Assembly: GCA_051362555.1 (NCBI GenBank)
Contig: CM120649.1
Span: forward strand, 7,812,001-7,876,000
Reading direction: 5' to 3'
Length of the DNA stretch: 64,000 bases
Origin: Lingula anatina
Taxonomy: Eukaryota; Animalia; Brachiopoda
Below the pieces are notes generated by a model. The model did not search any database. It was not told where the DNA came from and saw nothing but the letters and a program-made list of their open reading frames with translations. The position numbers and the translations under genes are program-made. Positions 1 through 12,724 of the stretch are shown here, piece by piece (position 1 is the first letter of the stretch; each line of letters opens with the position of its first letter).

Positions 1-2
1 CT

Positions 3-1739
3 TCCCCACAGCAATGGCACTATGTAAGAAGTGAAGACAACCCTGCAGATCACGCATCAAGAGGTTTATCAGTGGAGAAGTTGAGAGACTCCACCTGGTT
101 TACAGGACCAAGATTTCTTTGGAATCCTGATTTAGAGATGGCTGACATGCCCCACAATGATGTACAGTTACCAGAAATGGACCCAGAGATCAAAATGTCT
201 TCTGTAAGGAGTACACAGACAGTAGAAAAGAAATCCATGATAGGAAGACTCGAGAAATTTTCAGATTGGTCTAGAGCAGTCAGAGCAATTGCAAGGCTCA
301 AAAGAAGAGCAAGAGGTATCAAAAATGCAAGTCTCACTTCAGAAGAGGAAAGGCAAGAAACGACCACATTCTTGATAAAATTAGCTCAAGAACAGAAGTT
401 CGAGGGAAAACCTCCTAGTTCAACATTGAACCCCTTTAAAGACAATAAAGGAGTAATTCGTGTGGGAGGAAGGCTAGGACAATCAAGTTTTGCCTTTTCT
501 GTTCAGCATCCAGTAATATTACCCAAGGATAGCTATGTTCCAAAATTGATTGTATCTCATTTTCATAAACGCATTGGTCATATGGGCCGTGGTATGACTC
601 TAAATGAAGTCAGAGCCAATGGATTTTGGATCCTTGCTGGAGGGAAGTTGACATCTGAAATTATTCACAGATGTGTTACATGCAGGAAAATGAGAAAACC
701 AGTGGAAGAGCAGAAAATGGCAGATTTGCCTTCTGATCGTGTGGAAGCATCAAATGGACATGATGCTTCTGATCGTGTGGAAGCATCATGTCCATTTGAA
801 TATAGTGCCATGGATTGCTTTGGTCCTTTCATTGTGAAACAGAATAGGAAGGAGTTCAAACGCTATGGTCTGTTATTTACCTGTTTATGTTCTAGAGCAG
901 TGCATGTTGAAATGCTGGACGACATGTCATCAGATGCGTTTATAAATGCTCTTAGATGTTTCATTTCTATTAGAGGAAAAGTTCGCCAGATCAGATCAGA
1001 TCAAGGGAGCAATTTTGTAGGTGCAAAGAATGAATTCACAGCTGCATTAAAGGAAATGGATGCTCAGAAGGTAGCTTGTTACCTAGCCAATCAAGATTGT
1101 GATTTTCTTATGAATGCACCTCATTCTAGTCATGTTGGTGGAGTATGGGAGCGACAGATTCGTACTATAAGGAATGTATTAGCAGGAGTGATTAATCTCT
1201 GCCCAGGTAGATTGGATGATTCATCTTTACGCACACTGTTTTATGAAGCAATGGCAATCGTAAACAGCCGTCCTCTATCAATAGCCAATATCAATGATCC
1301 TGAGTGTGCAGAGCCCCTGACACCTAATCACATTCTTACAATGAAATCCAGTGTGCCACTACCACCCCCAGGAAATTTTGTTTCTCGGGACATGTATCTC
1401 AGGAAAAGATGGAGAAGAGTTCAGTTTCTCACACAACAGTTCTGGAGCAGATGGAGGAAAGAGTATCTTCAGAATCTTAACAAGAGACAGTGCTGGACAA
1501 GATGTAAGAGAAATATCACAGTGGGAGATATTGTTCTTGTTGTGGAACCTAATGTATCGCGAAACAGTTGGCCACTAGGCAAAGTGGTTGAATGTATTCC
1601 CAGCAAGGATAAATTAGTGCGCAAGGCCAAGATTTGTGTAGGAACTGATGACTTAAATTCACTGGGAAAACGCGAAACCAAGCCAGTTATTTTAGAAAGA
1701 CCAATTCAGAAGTTAGTGCTTTTGATTGAAAGTTGTTAG
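3..1739 (+). CDS. BEL/Pao retrotransposon pol, C-terminal part (RNase H tail, integrase zinc finger, DDE core, C-terminal domain); 5' end outside window
   Basis: Frame is open from position 3 (WHYVRSEDNPADHASRG, Pao RNase H tail). HHCC motif H-x4-H...CVTC, core motifs MDCFGP, IRSDQGSNF and GGVWER, then WSRWRKEYL and WPLGKV...RPIQKL, all typical of BEL/Pao integrase. Confidence 0.95.
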   Translation, partial: SPQQWHYVRSEDNPADHASRGLSVEKLRDSTWFTGPRFLWNPDLEMADMPHNDVQLPEMDPEIKMSSVRSTQTVEKKSMIGRLEKFSDWSRAVRAIARLKRRARGIKNASLTSEEERQETTTFLIKLAQEQKFEGKPPSSTLNPFKDNKGVIRVGGRLGQSSFAFSVQHPVILPKDSYVPKLIVSHFHKRIGHMGRGMTLNEVRANGFWILAGGKLTSEIIHRCVTCRKMRKPVEEQKMADLPSDRVEASNGHDASDRVEASCPFEYSAMDCFGPFIVKQNRKEFKRYGLLFTCLCSRAVHVEMLDDMSSDAFINALRCFISIRGKVRQIRSDQGSNFVGAKNEFTAALKEMDAQKVACYLANQDCDFLMNAPHSSHVGGVWERQIRTIRNVLAGVINLCPGRLDDSSLRTLFYEAMAIVNSRPLSIANINDPECAEPLTPNHILTMKSSVPLPPPGNFVSRDMYLRKRWRRVQFLTQQFWSRWRKEYLQNLNKRQCWTRCKRNITVGDIVLVVEPNVSRNSWPLGKVVECIPSKDKLVRKAKICVGTDDLNSLGKRETKPVILERPIQKLVLLIESC

Positions 1740-2297
1740 TACTCTCTGAATGTAATTAGGACTGTAAGTGAGTGAGTTGCTCAATGGCTAACTGTTTAAA
1801 ACTTGGAGTAAAGTTTGAATGTTGATGTTGTGAGTTTTATTGTTTAAGGTAGGATATAAATTTTTTGGATTCATTCCCACTGTTTGAGTTGGTAACTTGG
1901 ATCATGAATCCTTTAAAAAATGTCATTTCATTTTTAGTTCTCAGTCTTCACGGTGACTTGGAAAATAGACAAAGCTAGTTTCACAATAGGTCTAGGGCGT
2001 GAACGGTGAGTTATGGGTGTAAGAAAGTATGTTAGTGTACTATATTAAGGTGACATGTGGATTTACCTTAAGCAACAAGTTATAAAGGAAATTAAGGTAG
2101 AACATATAACCTTTACATGCAGCGGTTAATGTATTGATAGCAAATAGTGTTTATTTTGTGTTTATCATTTACTCCTTGATCTTTGGATCCAGTTTTACAT
2201 TGGAAATGATTTTTTTTTTTTTTTTTTTTTTGTATTATATTTAATTTAATGCACTCTTAATGTTGTTAAAAATCTTAGATAGATTTTGGGGGGGGTG

Positions 2298-2993
2298 TGT
2301 AACTGCAGCCAGTAATGTTAGTTAGTGATTGCGATAGATGCTCTCACAAGATTGCGACGGAAGTATGCATTTTTTTTTGTTTGCGTTTATTTTACTACGC
2401 GGGAAAATAAGTTCTGCACGAAGATAGCTTACTTAACTTATCTTTTACACTTTGTGATTGTGTTTCTTTAAATTATTATTGTCTTTTGGTTTTCATTATT
2501 TACATTTTTGCAGTAAAACATATATATATATTTTTACATTGTTAAAACGCAGTCATTTTTGTTCTTCCGGTACTATTTTTTTGTTATAAGATGTCCGAAA
2601 CCATGTGGTTTCATGCAAAAGAGCGCTTCACATTTAACAGATATTTCTTAAGTCAAGGTAATTTATTCTATCTTTTTTATTATATAACAATAGTTAAAGG
2701 CTAATAATTTAAAATGCAAAAGTAACAATAATGTCCAAACCTAGAAGTAAGTCTTATAACTTAAGTGTGTAAGCGAAAGCGTGTAAGCGAAAGCCCTTAT
2801 TAGAAAAACTGTATAACAAGTTAATGAGTATACTTAGATTGTAACGCAACGAAAGGTAAAATAATAACGAACGAAGTCTAAGTACTATATTTGTTTATTA
2901 CAGGATTACAGTAAAGGGTATAGACATCAACGTTTTCACTGTTAAACTAATGGAGATCATGACTTGTATTTACGGAAGAATAAAAAGAATACA
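2298..2993 (+). mobile_element. 3' LTR of the BEL/Pao element, preceded by a polypurine tract (G-run ~2288-2295)
   Basis: Begins TGTA just after ttttgggggggg and ends TACA, with AATAAA at ~2979. Host TPR-gene sequence resumes immediately after 2993. Confidence 0.8.
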
Positions 2994-5010
2994 ACTGCAA
3001 TATGAGCCTCCGTTATAATTTCGGGGTGTTTGGGACTAAGCAGTTTAACCTGTTCCAGTGACACTGATTTGTAAATATGTAGAGCATCCTGATGGAGAAA
3101 AATGTGGCAAAAAATGTTTGCGATCATTACCAAGTTGTCTATACTTTCCAGTTTTTTAGATGCCTCTTGGGTTTCAAAATTTTTAATAACTAAAGCATCA
3201 GTTTGTTTAATATTTGGTAACATCACGGATTAAAGATTTGCATCAGTAGCGCTCATATATATCATTTCAAGCTTTTTAAGAGCTTGTATATAATAACTGC
3301 AATAGGCATCTTGAATTTCAAAATATAATTGCCATATTCCCGGGCATTGTATTCTGCATATTCCCTTAGTAAAGGGTGGACATCATAGGTGTTACCATCT
3401 GTACTAATGAGCGATTTGTTGGCAAGAATATCAAGGATATGTTCGCAATTATTTTGATCTAATCTTACAATAGCAGAGACCTCTTCCAGATTAAAAGTAA
3501 CGGGGAATGTATGAAGTCCAACAAACACCTTTCTCGCCTCCGGTTTTAATGTTTCATAAGAAATATCAAAGCAAGTTATGATTTTATTTTGGCATGCTGG
3601 GAATGGAAAGAGTGGGTAGCATCTTCTGAGTTTTAATTTTCTCCAATACTGCGTCCGTTTGTTTTTTGTCAAGCAGTCCAGCTAGCAATTTTAATGCCAG
3701 GGGGTTGTAGCCACACATTTCTGCCATTTCATCTAAGTTCGCTAACTCGCTGTCCGTGAGACTGGTTGATTTTCGTTCCCATAGGACGTCACGCGAGGAG
3801 CTTTTATCAAGTTTATCAATGTCTAACACAACTATTTTATGTGTTGTGAAATCAAATCTTTCACGACTGGCACATAACAAACTGATATGTTTTGTTGAAT
3901 CCATTACGTCTTTCAAAAATTCACTAAACTCCTTCCTATTTGAACTTAAAAAAGACTCATTATTATCTAGGATAAATGGGGTGTCAGTAGTCAAACTAGA
4001 CAAAGTCTGTTTGAATATGTTTTGGTAATCAGAGTATAAATCTTTCAAATGACATGCTGGGTGATAATGTCGGACAAGCGATAACTTGATAGAGTTAAGA
4101 TCTGTCACTTGTCTCATATCAATGTGCAGCACGTTTTGCATGCTTTCTCCAACCTTGACTGCTATGCTGGTCTTACCGATACCCCCCATCCCGGTCAGGA
4201 GAATGAGTGGAACTTTATCCCCGATATGTTGCTGTATCGTGGTAATGATGTCGTCACCCCCCCTTTAGCTCTGTGTTTATTCTTGGTAACGTCGTGGAGA
4301 GCAGGTGGCAAGGGGCTTCTGAAATCAGATTTTATTTAAAAATGAAATTTTAATAACACTTTGCTTCCAATTTACTTTTGTTTGGAAATATTTTAAGAGT
4401 ACGGATACCGTAAAGATTATACAGACCTGAATATTTAAAATGATAAAAAATCATTTTAGTTTTTCTTTTGTAAAGTTTAATCATCATATTTAAATGTACT
4501 AAATCTGAAAATATACAGCTCAATTGCCACTGAAATTTTATTAGAATTTGGGATGTTTTAAACATTATTAAAATAATTACTTTTCGCCAGTGTTTTTATA
4601 GATGTGACTTAATCTTTGTTTGTTTGTTTTTTATAACGCTGTGTTTGCATAAACATGTGTTTCTTGTGCTTGCCAGTGTGTGTGTCAGTGCACACGTGTA
4701 TTCGTGTTAAAGTATCAGTTATCAGTTATCATTGTAAAGAAGTGAAATATTTAATATGTGTGGGGTAACATACCTGAAGCATCCAATGGCTGAATCAGCA
4801 ACTTGTCGTAGTCGGCACTAGTAAACAGTGGCGACAGAGACAGCAGAATAGCTTTCAGATCAGCGAACTGGGTCTTGAAGTCTGCGTCTGAGAGACCTCC
4901 TGTTCCGTGGGTGTACTTATTGCGGTATCCCTTCACCCTGCCGATGTTGGCCTCAGTTGATGCGTCCGTGGCAGGGGGAGTGTCCCACTTTGCCCGAGGA
5001 TGCAAGTTTT
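2994..5010 (-). pseudogene. Decayed paralog of the HEPN-NB-ARC-TPR gene: partial HEPN exon 5010-4774, intron, exon 2 from 4318 to the LTR junction
   Basis: Near-colinear with 26290-24460: GRVKGYRNKYTHGTGG, GMGGIGKTS, FILDNNE, GYNPLAL, YDVHPLLRE. Same phase-1 intron position. Frameshifts at ~4257 (G7 run giving TGA), ~3585 and ~3320. 5' part replaced by Tc1 sequence, 3' part cut by the LTR. Confidence 0.9.
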
Positions 5011-5014
5011 TCAA

Positions 5015-5535
5015 TTGGGTTCATATGGAGAGTTTGCAGACCAGGGCAGTTGCTGAACTCAAGTTTTAAAGAAAAACAGTGATTCTGCGGTCTCGATGTG
5101 TGGTTGCTTAGTCATTTTGGTACACAAAGTTGTTCCTGAAGATGACTCTTACCAATCGAAGCATTGTTTGCTGTAGAATGTCTCTGTAGGAATCCTGGAC
5201 GAGGTTGCCCCCCCAAAAAAAACCAACTGGTTCTGGGCACCGACATGAAATACTCCCCAAACAGAGACGTTACCATCCCCTACTTGCACCCTAGGATGTA
5301 CACAAGCATCGTTTTATGCCCCTCGTACACGTCGGTGGACACGGATTCGACCATCAACCCTAAAAAATCCATATCTGGCCTCATCACTGAAAACGACGTG
5401 ATTCTAGTGTTTTGGCTGCAAATACACGTTGTCCTGAAGATGACATTGCCCATTGCAGACGTCGCTGTATATTACCTACTGTTAACAGTGGTTTCTCTAC
5501 TGGCCTTAATGCAAAATAACCGGCTTGCAGTTGTG
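5015..5535 (-). mobile_element. Tc1/mariner transposase remnant
   Basis: Translates (with stops and frameshifts) to LQAGYFALRPVEKPLLT...RRLQWA...HVVFSDEARY...VSVWGVF...YRDILQQ...FVYQND*ATTH, the Tc1 KPLL/FSDE/WG/QDNA-H motifs. Confidence 0.85.
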
Positions 5536-5646
5536 AAGTTATTGTGTTTATTATTTTAGTAAAGCTAATTTGTTGTTTAATTTTTATGAGCAATTACCGT
5601 ATGTGCCTGCATTCTTGTATAATGTAAATGAAGTGCGGGACTGTTA

Positions 5647-5833
5647 TTAAGTGGGGGCCGTAGCAATAGTCCGAAGGTTCAATAGTCCGAAGGTTCATTG
5701 GTCCGAATATTCACTATAGAACCTTCGGACCAATGAGCCCTTGATTAAAAAATCGATGAAAATGTTACCACTTTTCGGACCAATGAACCTTCGGACCAAT
5801 GAGCCTTCGGACTATCGAGACGCCCCCATTAAG
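5647..5833. mobile_element. MITE with inverted arrays of 15-bp subterminal repeats
   Basis: Left arm (gtccgaaggttcaat)n, right arm (ttcggaccaatgaac)n; GGGGG/CCCCC ends flanked by TTAA. Confidence 0.6.
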
Positions 5834-5940
5834 TGCGAGATTCCGGAGAACATGAACTGATGCAACACGTGAGTGTGGACAGTGTGTAACACTTTTGCAG
5901 TACAAAAATTGTACTTTATTAACTGTACTTTGTGAGGCCA

Positions 5941-6140
5941 CACTATCAGGATGATCGTTCAACAGATAAGGACTCGGAAAACGGTGACATTGCGTCTTCA
6001 AAATCCCATACTATCAGGAGGATCGTTCAACAGATAAAGGACAAGGAAAACGGTGACATTGCGTCTTCAAAACCCCACGCTATCAGGAGGATCGTTCAAC
6101 AGATAAGGGCATGGAAAACGGTGACATTGCGTCTTCAAAT
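5941..6140. repeat. ~69-bp tandem repeat, 3 copies
   Basis: ctatcagga.gatcgttcaacagataa...aaaacggtgacattgcgtcttcaaa occurs three times. Confidence 0.9.
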
Positions 6141-8029
6141 CTTAACTGTCTACGAATCTGTTAGAATTTATCTGTATTTGACAAATGGTAAAGTTTATGC
6201 AACATGATAGTATTAGTTAGTGTAGGTAGTGTATGTTCGTTGTTTGTACATATGTAATATATTATATTCATAGTTGAATTCATTGTTGTTTGTGTTTTTT
6301 TATGTTCGGGCTGTTTTGGTCCGTAATACAGTAAAATCTTGTTCACGAGGGACCTGAATTTAAAGTAGTTAGATAGATATTAAATATTTTGTACAAAATT
6401 TATTCGCCAAAATAATATTTCATATTAACCTGTATAATCCTGTATTTGCCATACAAATAATATCATTTAGATAACGAATATGTTTTATTGGCTCTGATGT
6501 AGGTATTCCTATTAATATTTTTTTCATGAAATGGCAAACCTTATAGGCCTACATTTTGTTTGGACAAATTCCCAGAAAATGTATGATTTGGTAACAAAGT
6601 ATACATAGAATAGGCCTACAGTAGTTCAGTATAATAATGTACCAGTCTTTTATTTAGCATAAAACATAGTCTAATTGTGACAGTAACGCATGTTCCTTGT
6701 TGGGGTTGTACCAATATATTTGTACCAAGACGCTTCGTTTTCCTTCCGACGTTTTTCTGGATAAGAGCTTAGCTGTCTGTTTATTTCTATATCTCTATGA
6801 TCAAGTTGAGGTGATAATATACACAGCCTTTGACATAAATGAATATCGAGCACTGTTTATCAGCCACGGCAAGAGTACTCATCTGCACTGTCTCTGATCC
6901 AGACGCAGTGTGACAGGGGCGATGACAAATAAAAAGTTAAAAGGGTCACATGACTCAAGTCACGTGGGAAATTTTGTAAGGAAACTTTTTCAATCACTTG
7001 AAAGGAAAAAATCTCTCTGGTGAAACTTATTTTCACCCTTGATAAATGGATTTGGGTGTTTAAAGAGGACTAAGTGACCTTTTTATATAATAACCAAAAT
7101 AAATATGCGTGTTTTGTAATACACCGTGACCTACATATTACTTGACTTCGATAAGGATATCGTTTGTTCAAGGTCATCTTATTCTCGTGATCTAAATGAC
7201 ACCCTTAATCAGCAGATCGTTTCAATTTCGCCCCCCCCCCTACATTATCATTTGGTATATTGCCATGGGACTCACTCCGGACCTGACTTTATCTCTCTTT
7301 TCTACAGTGCTCTGGATTGCTTGTTATTGCTTCTTATTGAACTTATCTGAGGACAATCAAAACGTTTAAAACATAAAATGACAGATAGATGGATTTTATC
7401 AATATTGCAAAAATTAATCATATTCACCCTCCCCTGTCAAACCCCGGTAGCTAGCCATCTTTACACAGTTTGAAAAGAGCACGCTTTACGGAGCGAGAGT
7501 CTCGCCATATCTGGAAGTGGAGTAAATGGAAATTAATCGCGAAAATTAAAAAAAAAAAAGATCGACTTGTGCATGGGTTTTGATCTCTGGCTTTTTCCAA
7601 AAAAGTTACAGATGTATGGCGAGTGTCAGGAAAGGAAGATCAAAAGTTGGCAAACCTAGCGAAAAATATCGTTTACCCCGAGATATTTCGTTAAATATGA
7701 AATTTGTTGCCGAATTAATCTTTTCTGTACCTTTAACAGAAACCTGACATAAAGCAAGAAGAAATGTAATCGTCAGTCGGCTGCCATTTGTTTACGGTAC
7801 AGCAGCACATGGCGCACGTTGTAAACTACTTTGGGACACGTGACGTATCTCACACCGTTCATATCTCGGACATTTGTCTTTGGAATACAGATGGCAGTAG
7901 TATATCTACATGTATTTAATTTTATTTGAATTATAAATTAGCATATTTTAAAATATTGGAAAATTTTACTGTCATTTGGCGTGGGCCACCATTAAAGACA
8001 GGCCTACCCAACTACCAGACTTGGCACAT

Positions 8030-8230
8030 AAGGATCCTGAATTAACCGGTATATCGGACCACACTACCCGTTTTCAAGGTGTGTGTCAGATCACATTTCG
8101 CAGTATCATACCCCAGAGCAAACTTTGTAGGACGACCGCGGGCTCATCCTGTCGGCGTTCTGTCTGATACTCCGAAATGCGATCTGACACACACCTTGAA
8201 AACGGGCAGTGTACTAGGTTCAGCATCCTT
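8030..8230. mobile_element. Palindromic MITE; partial copies at ~8995-9140 and ~12725-12818
   Basis: ~47-bp inverted arms cactacccgttttcaaggtgtgtgtcagatc... / ...gatctgacacacaccttgaaaacgggcagtg; the same sequence recurs at the other two sites. Confidence 0.75.
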
Positions 8231-9429
8231 AAAATCAAATAAAAAGAAAATCATGTTCTGTATTACTTAATGTATTAATAATATAAGAGCATTTCCCCTT
8301 AATGCACGGTTTCTAATTTCTATTTAGGGTGGGTAATATTTAACAATAACATAATGTCCGTTTAAATTATACAGACAAATTACCCAGACGTTAGAAAACA
8401 GTGCTCACCTATCTAAATTTTAGAAAGTAAAACAGCCAAGATATTTAACCAACTTTGGTCATAAAAAGTTATGGAAAGGGTAAACTTTTAGCAATCCTTT
8501 TTTTGTTTTATTTGCTGTGTTTTTACTTCAAAGCAATGCTTTTAATGGATTATACAGAACGAAGTTATTTAGGACGAAGGCACGGCGCATAATTCAATAG
8601 ACTCTGTGTGATAGAATTGTTAAATCAAGCACCGACTCTCGCAAGGCCCCCAGTTTATACCTGTATCCGAACGACTGATAACCTGAGGTTTATTGGGGAT
8701 CACGTTGGAGATATAGTCACCGTACAGACGTGATTATGCACAGATGTCAGTTTACACGAGGAAACACTGCAGATAATTTATAACAAGCGTCGTCTTTATC
8801 GAAACATCTGAATCAAATGATGTATTAATGAAATGTTTACCGACTGTCTGGTAAGGTCGATCATTTAATTTTTGATTTGGTGACACTCCGCACGTAGGTC
8901 AACTCTTTTGGGGTTCCTTGGAAGTTACAAGTATCAATAAATTGTGATTAAATGATGCTTGACGTTTAAAAAAAGACGTTCGGCGTAGCTTCTTTTCGGA
9001 GTATCATACCCCAGAATAAATTTTGTAGGACGACCGCGGGCTCATCCTGTCGGTGTTCTGACTGATATTCCGAAATGCGATCTGACACACACCTTGAAAA
9101 CGGGTAGTGTGGTCCGATGTACTGGTTAATTCAGGATTCTTATTCTTTATTGTGCTTTATTTATATATTTTTTCATATTACTTCTTCCGCTTATTTTGAA
9201 ATAAATGTGTTCATGTCTTAATTTAGTTTGCAGTTCAGCGATAAAAATGTTAGTGGGCTAGGAACAAAAGATTATTCAATAAGTTATTACTGCATGTTTT
9301 CTTTATTTTTTTATTTTTATTTTCTCTACTTTCCTGTTACCCCTTCTTCGTGTATAGAACCATGGAGAAGAAAGGACAGGATAGTTCTGAATATATAAAT
9401 TTCGAATATATTTGTTTTATAAGCAAGGC

Positions 9430-9880
9430 AGCAAAGTTACTTACTTGTCAGTCTACAACACTGTGGAACAATTTCCCACATAAGAATCCGTCTGTGAAAA
9501 CTGCTAGGCGTTGGTTACATGCCCAGAGAGTGTACAGCAGGGTAGCAAGACTGAAACCTCTTATATCGTTACAAAACAGGCAACGTAGAGGCCAACAGGA
9601 TCTGGAACTGGACAGTCCATGACAATTGGTCCTATATAGTTTTTCTGATGAGTGTCGCTTTGGTCTGACCGCTGATGACAGACGGGTACGATGCTGGCGA
9701 ACTGCTGGTTAAGCATTTGAACCACATGTGCTGAATTTTCGAACCCGGAGCAGCATATTCATCATGCTGTGGGGCTGTTACAGCATCCATGGCGTGGGTG
9801 AATTGGAAGTGGTTGGTAGAATCATGACTTACCAGAAATATATAGATGTTTTGGAGTCAGACTTGCTACCATCTATTACT
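9430..9880 (+). mobile_element. Second Tc1/mariner transposase remnant
   Basis: PSVKTARRWLH...SRVARLKPLIS...RR, then FSDECRFGL...RVRCWR...IMLWGC...GELEVV...YIDVLE, with frameshifts and stops. Confidence 0.85.
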
Positions 9881-10443
9881 TTGTGATTGTTCTCAGCGAC
9901 GCCAATCTAGGGCGTTATGGGATAGGCCCAAAGAGTTTTACAAATGTCTTAATGTCGGGCGATAAAGTGAACACGTTTGCCATCTTCATTGGTTCACTTG
10001 GTGACCGGGCACAAAGGTTGGCAGCTTGATATTAATATGGGGTGTAGATTACTGTGTCATTGATAGTTTTCATTTTGTTGTTAAGTTTATGAAAATCCGT
10101 TGAGAATAAATAAATGCGGAATGTAGGTAATACTGAATACATTCATAATTTCAAAGATTATACTTTCATGATGTAAGGATCGCAAAGATATATATAATTA
10201 TGAGATGATGAACCAGGATGGGTGCACCTCCATGGGTGGATTCCACAAATGATTACATTTCCTTGTTATCTTATTTATTTAGACAAAATACATTATTTAT
10301 TTTGCAATTTTCCAGGTGAACGAAGCAGCTACCCTCAGGACATGCCTTTGTCTGTATGGACACAAAAGACCTGCCTCAGTTGTTACAACAAATCTTTACA
10401 TCCACCATGTTATCCACGCTGTGATGATTGCCTCAAATATTAC

Positions 10444-10444
10444 A

Positions 10445-10492
<48 letters not shown>
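10444..10492. repeat. (TAT)n microsatellite
   Basis: Seen directly in the sequence. Confidence 0.95.
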
Positions 10493-12345
10493 GCCCTCCA
10501 TCACTACTGGATCATTATCGTTTCTGTGATAACTGTTCACATGCTGAAAGCAGGCTTGTCTTGACTTTATGTGTGAAGAAATGCACCTCGGAGACATCTT
10601 GTGTCAAATGTAGCAGTACACGTTTAGCTTATTTATTGTTGCAGTATTCAGTGTTGAAAATAGTTGCGTGGAACTTCAGCTGCTGAGCACAGAGGGTTTG
10701 GATTAAAAATGATTTCAGGAAATTTCATCAGATGGTGGCCAGGTTTGATTACTTGTCATCAGCATCCCATATCGTGATCTTATTTAAGATCACCAGAAAC
10801 TTGATCAATATAAATTTAAATCTTGTATCTAAAAAGTAAATTGTTAGAGCAACTTCAGTCAAGCCTGTGATGTGTATTTATGATCCTTGATTTGTTGTAA
10901 AAACTAACACTTTTGAAAACCAAGGAAATTTTTAAATTATGATAATTTATTAGACAATGAAGAATTGTTAAGGAATGGGAAAGTTTTCTATTATTGTACT
11001 TTGCATGCCAATGCAAGTATTAAAAAAGTAATAAATATAATTGAAAATCGCCTTTGTTAAGACAATTCCAATATGTGGCACGCAGGCAGGTGGTTAGAAC
11101 AAAGGAAAGTGTTTTAGGAGGGTCCCATGGGGGCAGGACCACAATAAATAAAACTTTTTTCATATCTCACTGATTTATATCTCAATTTATTTATTCATAT
11201 CTCAGTGACTGCGTTTCATGAAGGGCAAAGAATATGGTGGGAATGCTTCATGGATCACACTCATTAATATGAATGTTTCACGCATCTCGGGAATTAAAAA
11301 TATACCTTTACAGATCATGGAAATACCCAGTGGGACCCTCTTTTAGTACTGGGAGCTAAGATCTAATTAACGGATATTAGATATTAGCTGGGAGTTAGAA
11401 AACTGTAGAGAGAGGTGTTGGTTTCAGAGAGATGAAGTGTACAAATAATCAATGATAATTTATTCAATAAACGAAATAAGTAATTTCATAGTGTGACGAA
11501 GTTGTCTTTATTTTCTATCGTATTTTCTTCTATGTTATTTATTAACTATTTCCAGTTGTTTCCCGCGCTTCTTCTATTCATTTCTCTTTCTACTTATTTC
11601 AATCTCTAGGGGCTTTCTCCCCGTTTACAGCACACGTAGGGCTCCGTGTAAGTATCGTAAGAGCATGTCAATCAACTCGTGGACAAAATTACAGAATCAA
11701 CTCAATTCCTCTACAAAATACTACGACTATCATTCCTGTCACTCCGGCACTAAGGTCCTAAGTTCTCAACCAAGCGTTACCTGACACATACCTGTACAGT
11801 ATTATTCCCTTGAAGTTGGCGCCGGTATAAGGATACGGCTACAGAAATGGAGACGTTCAGGAGATGTTTTGAACAATGAAAATGTCGCTATTTAATGTTA
11901 AGGCTGTAAGCTGTAACCATTTTCGTTTCTTGGTAGAAACAAAGTCTTTGACCCCATATAACAAGACTTCACCGTGCTACGTATCCCACATGACGTCATG
12001 ACACAATATGACGTCACCACACAGTCAGTGTATTTTCTGAATTAATTACCCCGCCGGAGCGAGCCTGGACCCGTAGGTTCCTATAATAATTATATTAGTG
12101 CATGCATGGATACATGTAAGAGATAGCCAACTACTTACTTCTACCATACCCAGTAATTATCTGTGCCAGAAGTAAACGTGCCCATACTTTACCCTCTATC
12201 CACTACCAGGGCCGCAATTATTATTTTGTGAACATTTTCGCTGTACAGAGGATAACCGTGAATTTAACCAGAGACATATCTGTGGCCCTGATAGAGGGTA
12301 ACTTTACTCAGTGGCACGAACGTGAGCCCTGTAGGTTCCAATAAT

Positions 12346-12724
12346 AACTAGAAAAGCACTCAGAGAGCACAGACCTGCGCCAAGGCAGCAAAGTCTCCAT
12401 CCAATGCCGCTTCACCCCCAAGTTTTCGATATTTTTTTATTATTGATTGATCATTGATCCGGATCACCACCAAAAACTAATCATCTGTTCCTTGGCCCAC
12501 TTCTGACAGTTCCTGAAATGTTCACCAAAATCGGTCCATAACTTAGTTTTTTATTATTGATTATCGATCCAGTTCCCCACCAAAAACTAATCATCTCTTC
12601 CTTGGCCCACTTCTGATAGTTCCTAAAAATTTCATCAAAATCGGTCCATAACTTTTTGAGTTATGTTGATGACAGACAGACAAACAAACAGGGGTAAAAA
12701 CATAACCTCCTTGGCGGAGGTAAT
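12346..12724 (+). mobile_element. Short non-autonomous Helentron/HINE-like element
   Basis: 5' end aactagaaaagcactcagagagcacagacctgcgccaagg, two ~120-bp internal repeats, (ACAG)n/(ACAA)n tract, and 3' hairpin acctcc-ttggc-ggaggt related to the 5' end. Confidence 0.65.

Noticed and set aside
11404-11843. Possible minus-strand solo LTR (TGTAG…CTACA)
   Set aside because: No convincing target-site duplication and no second copy in the window.
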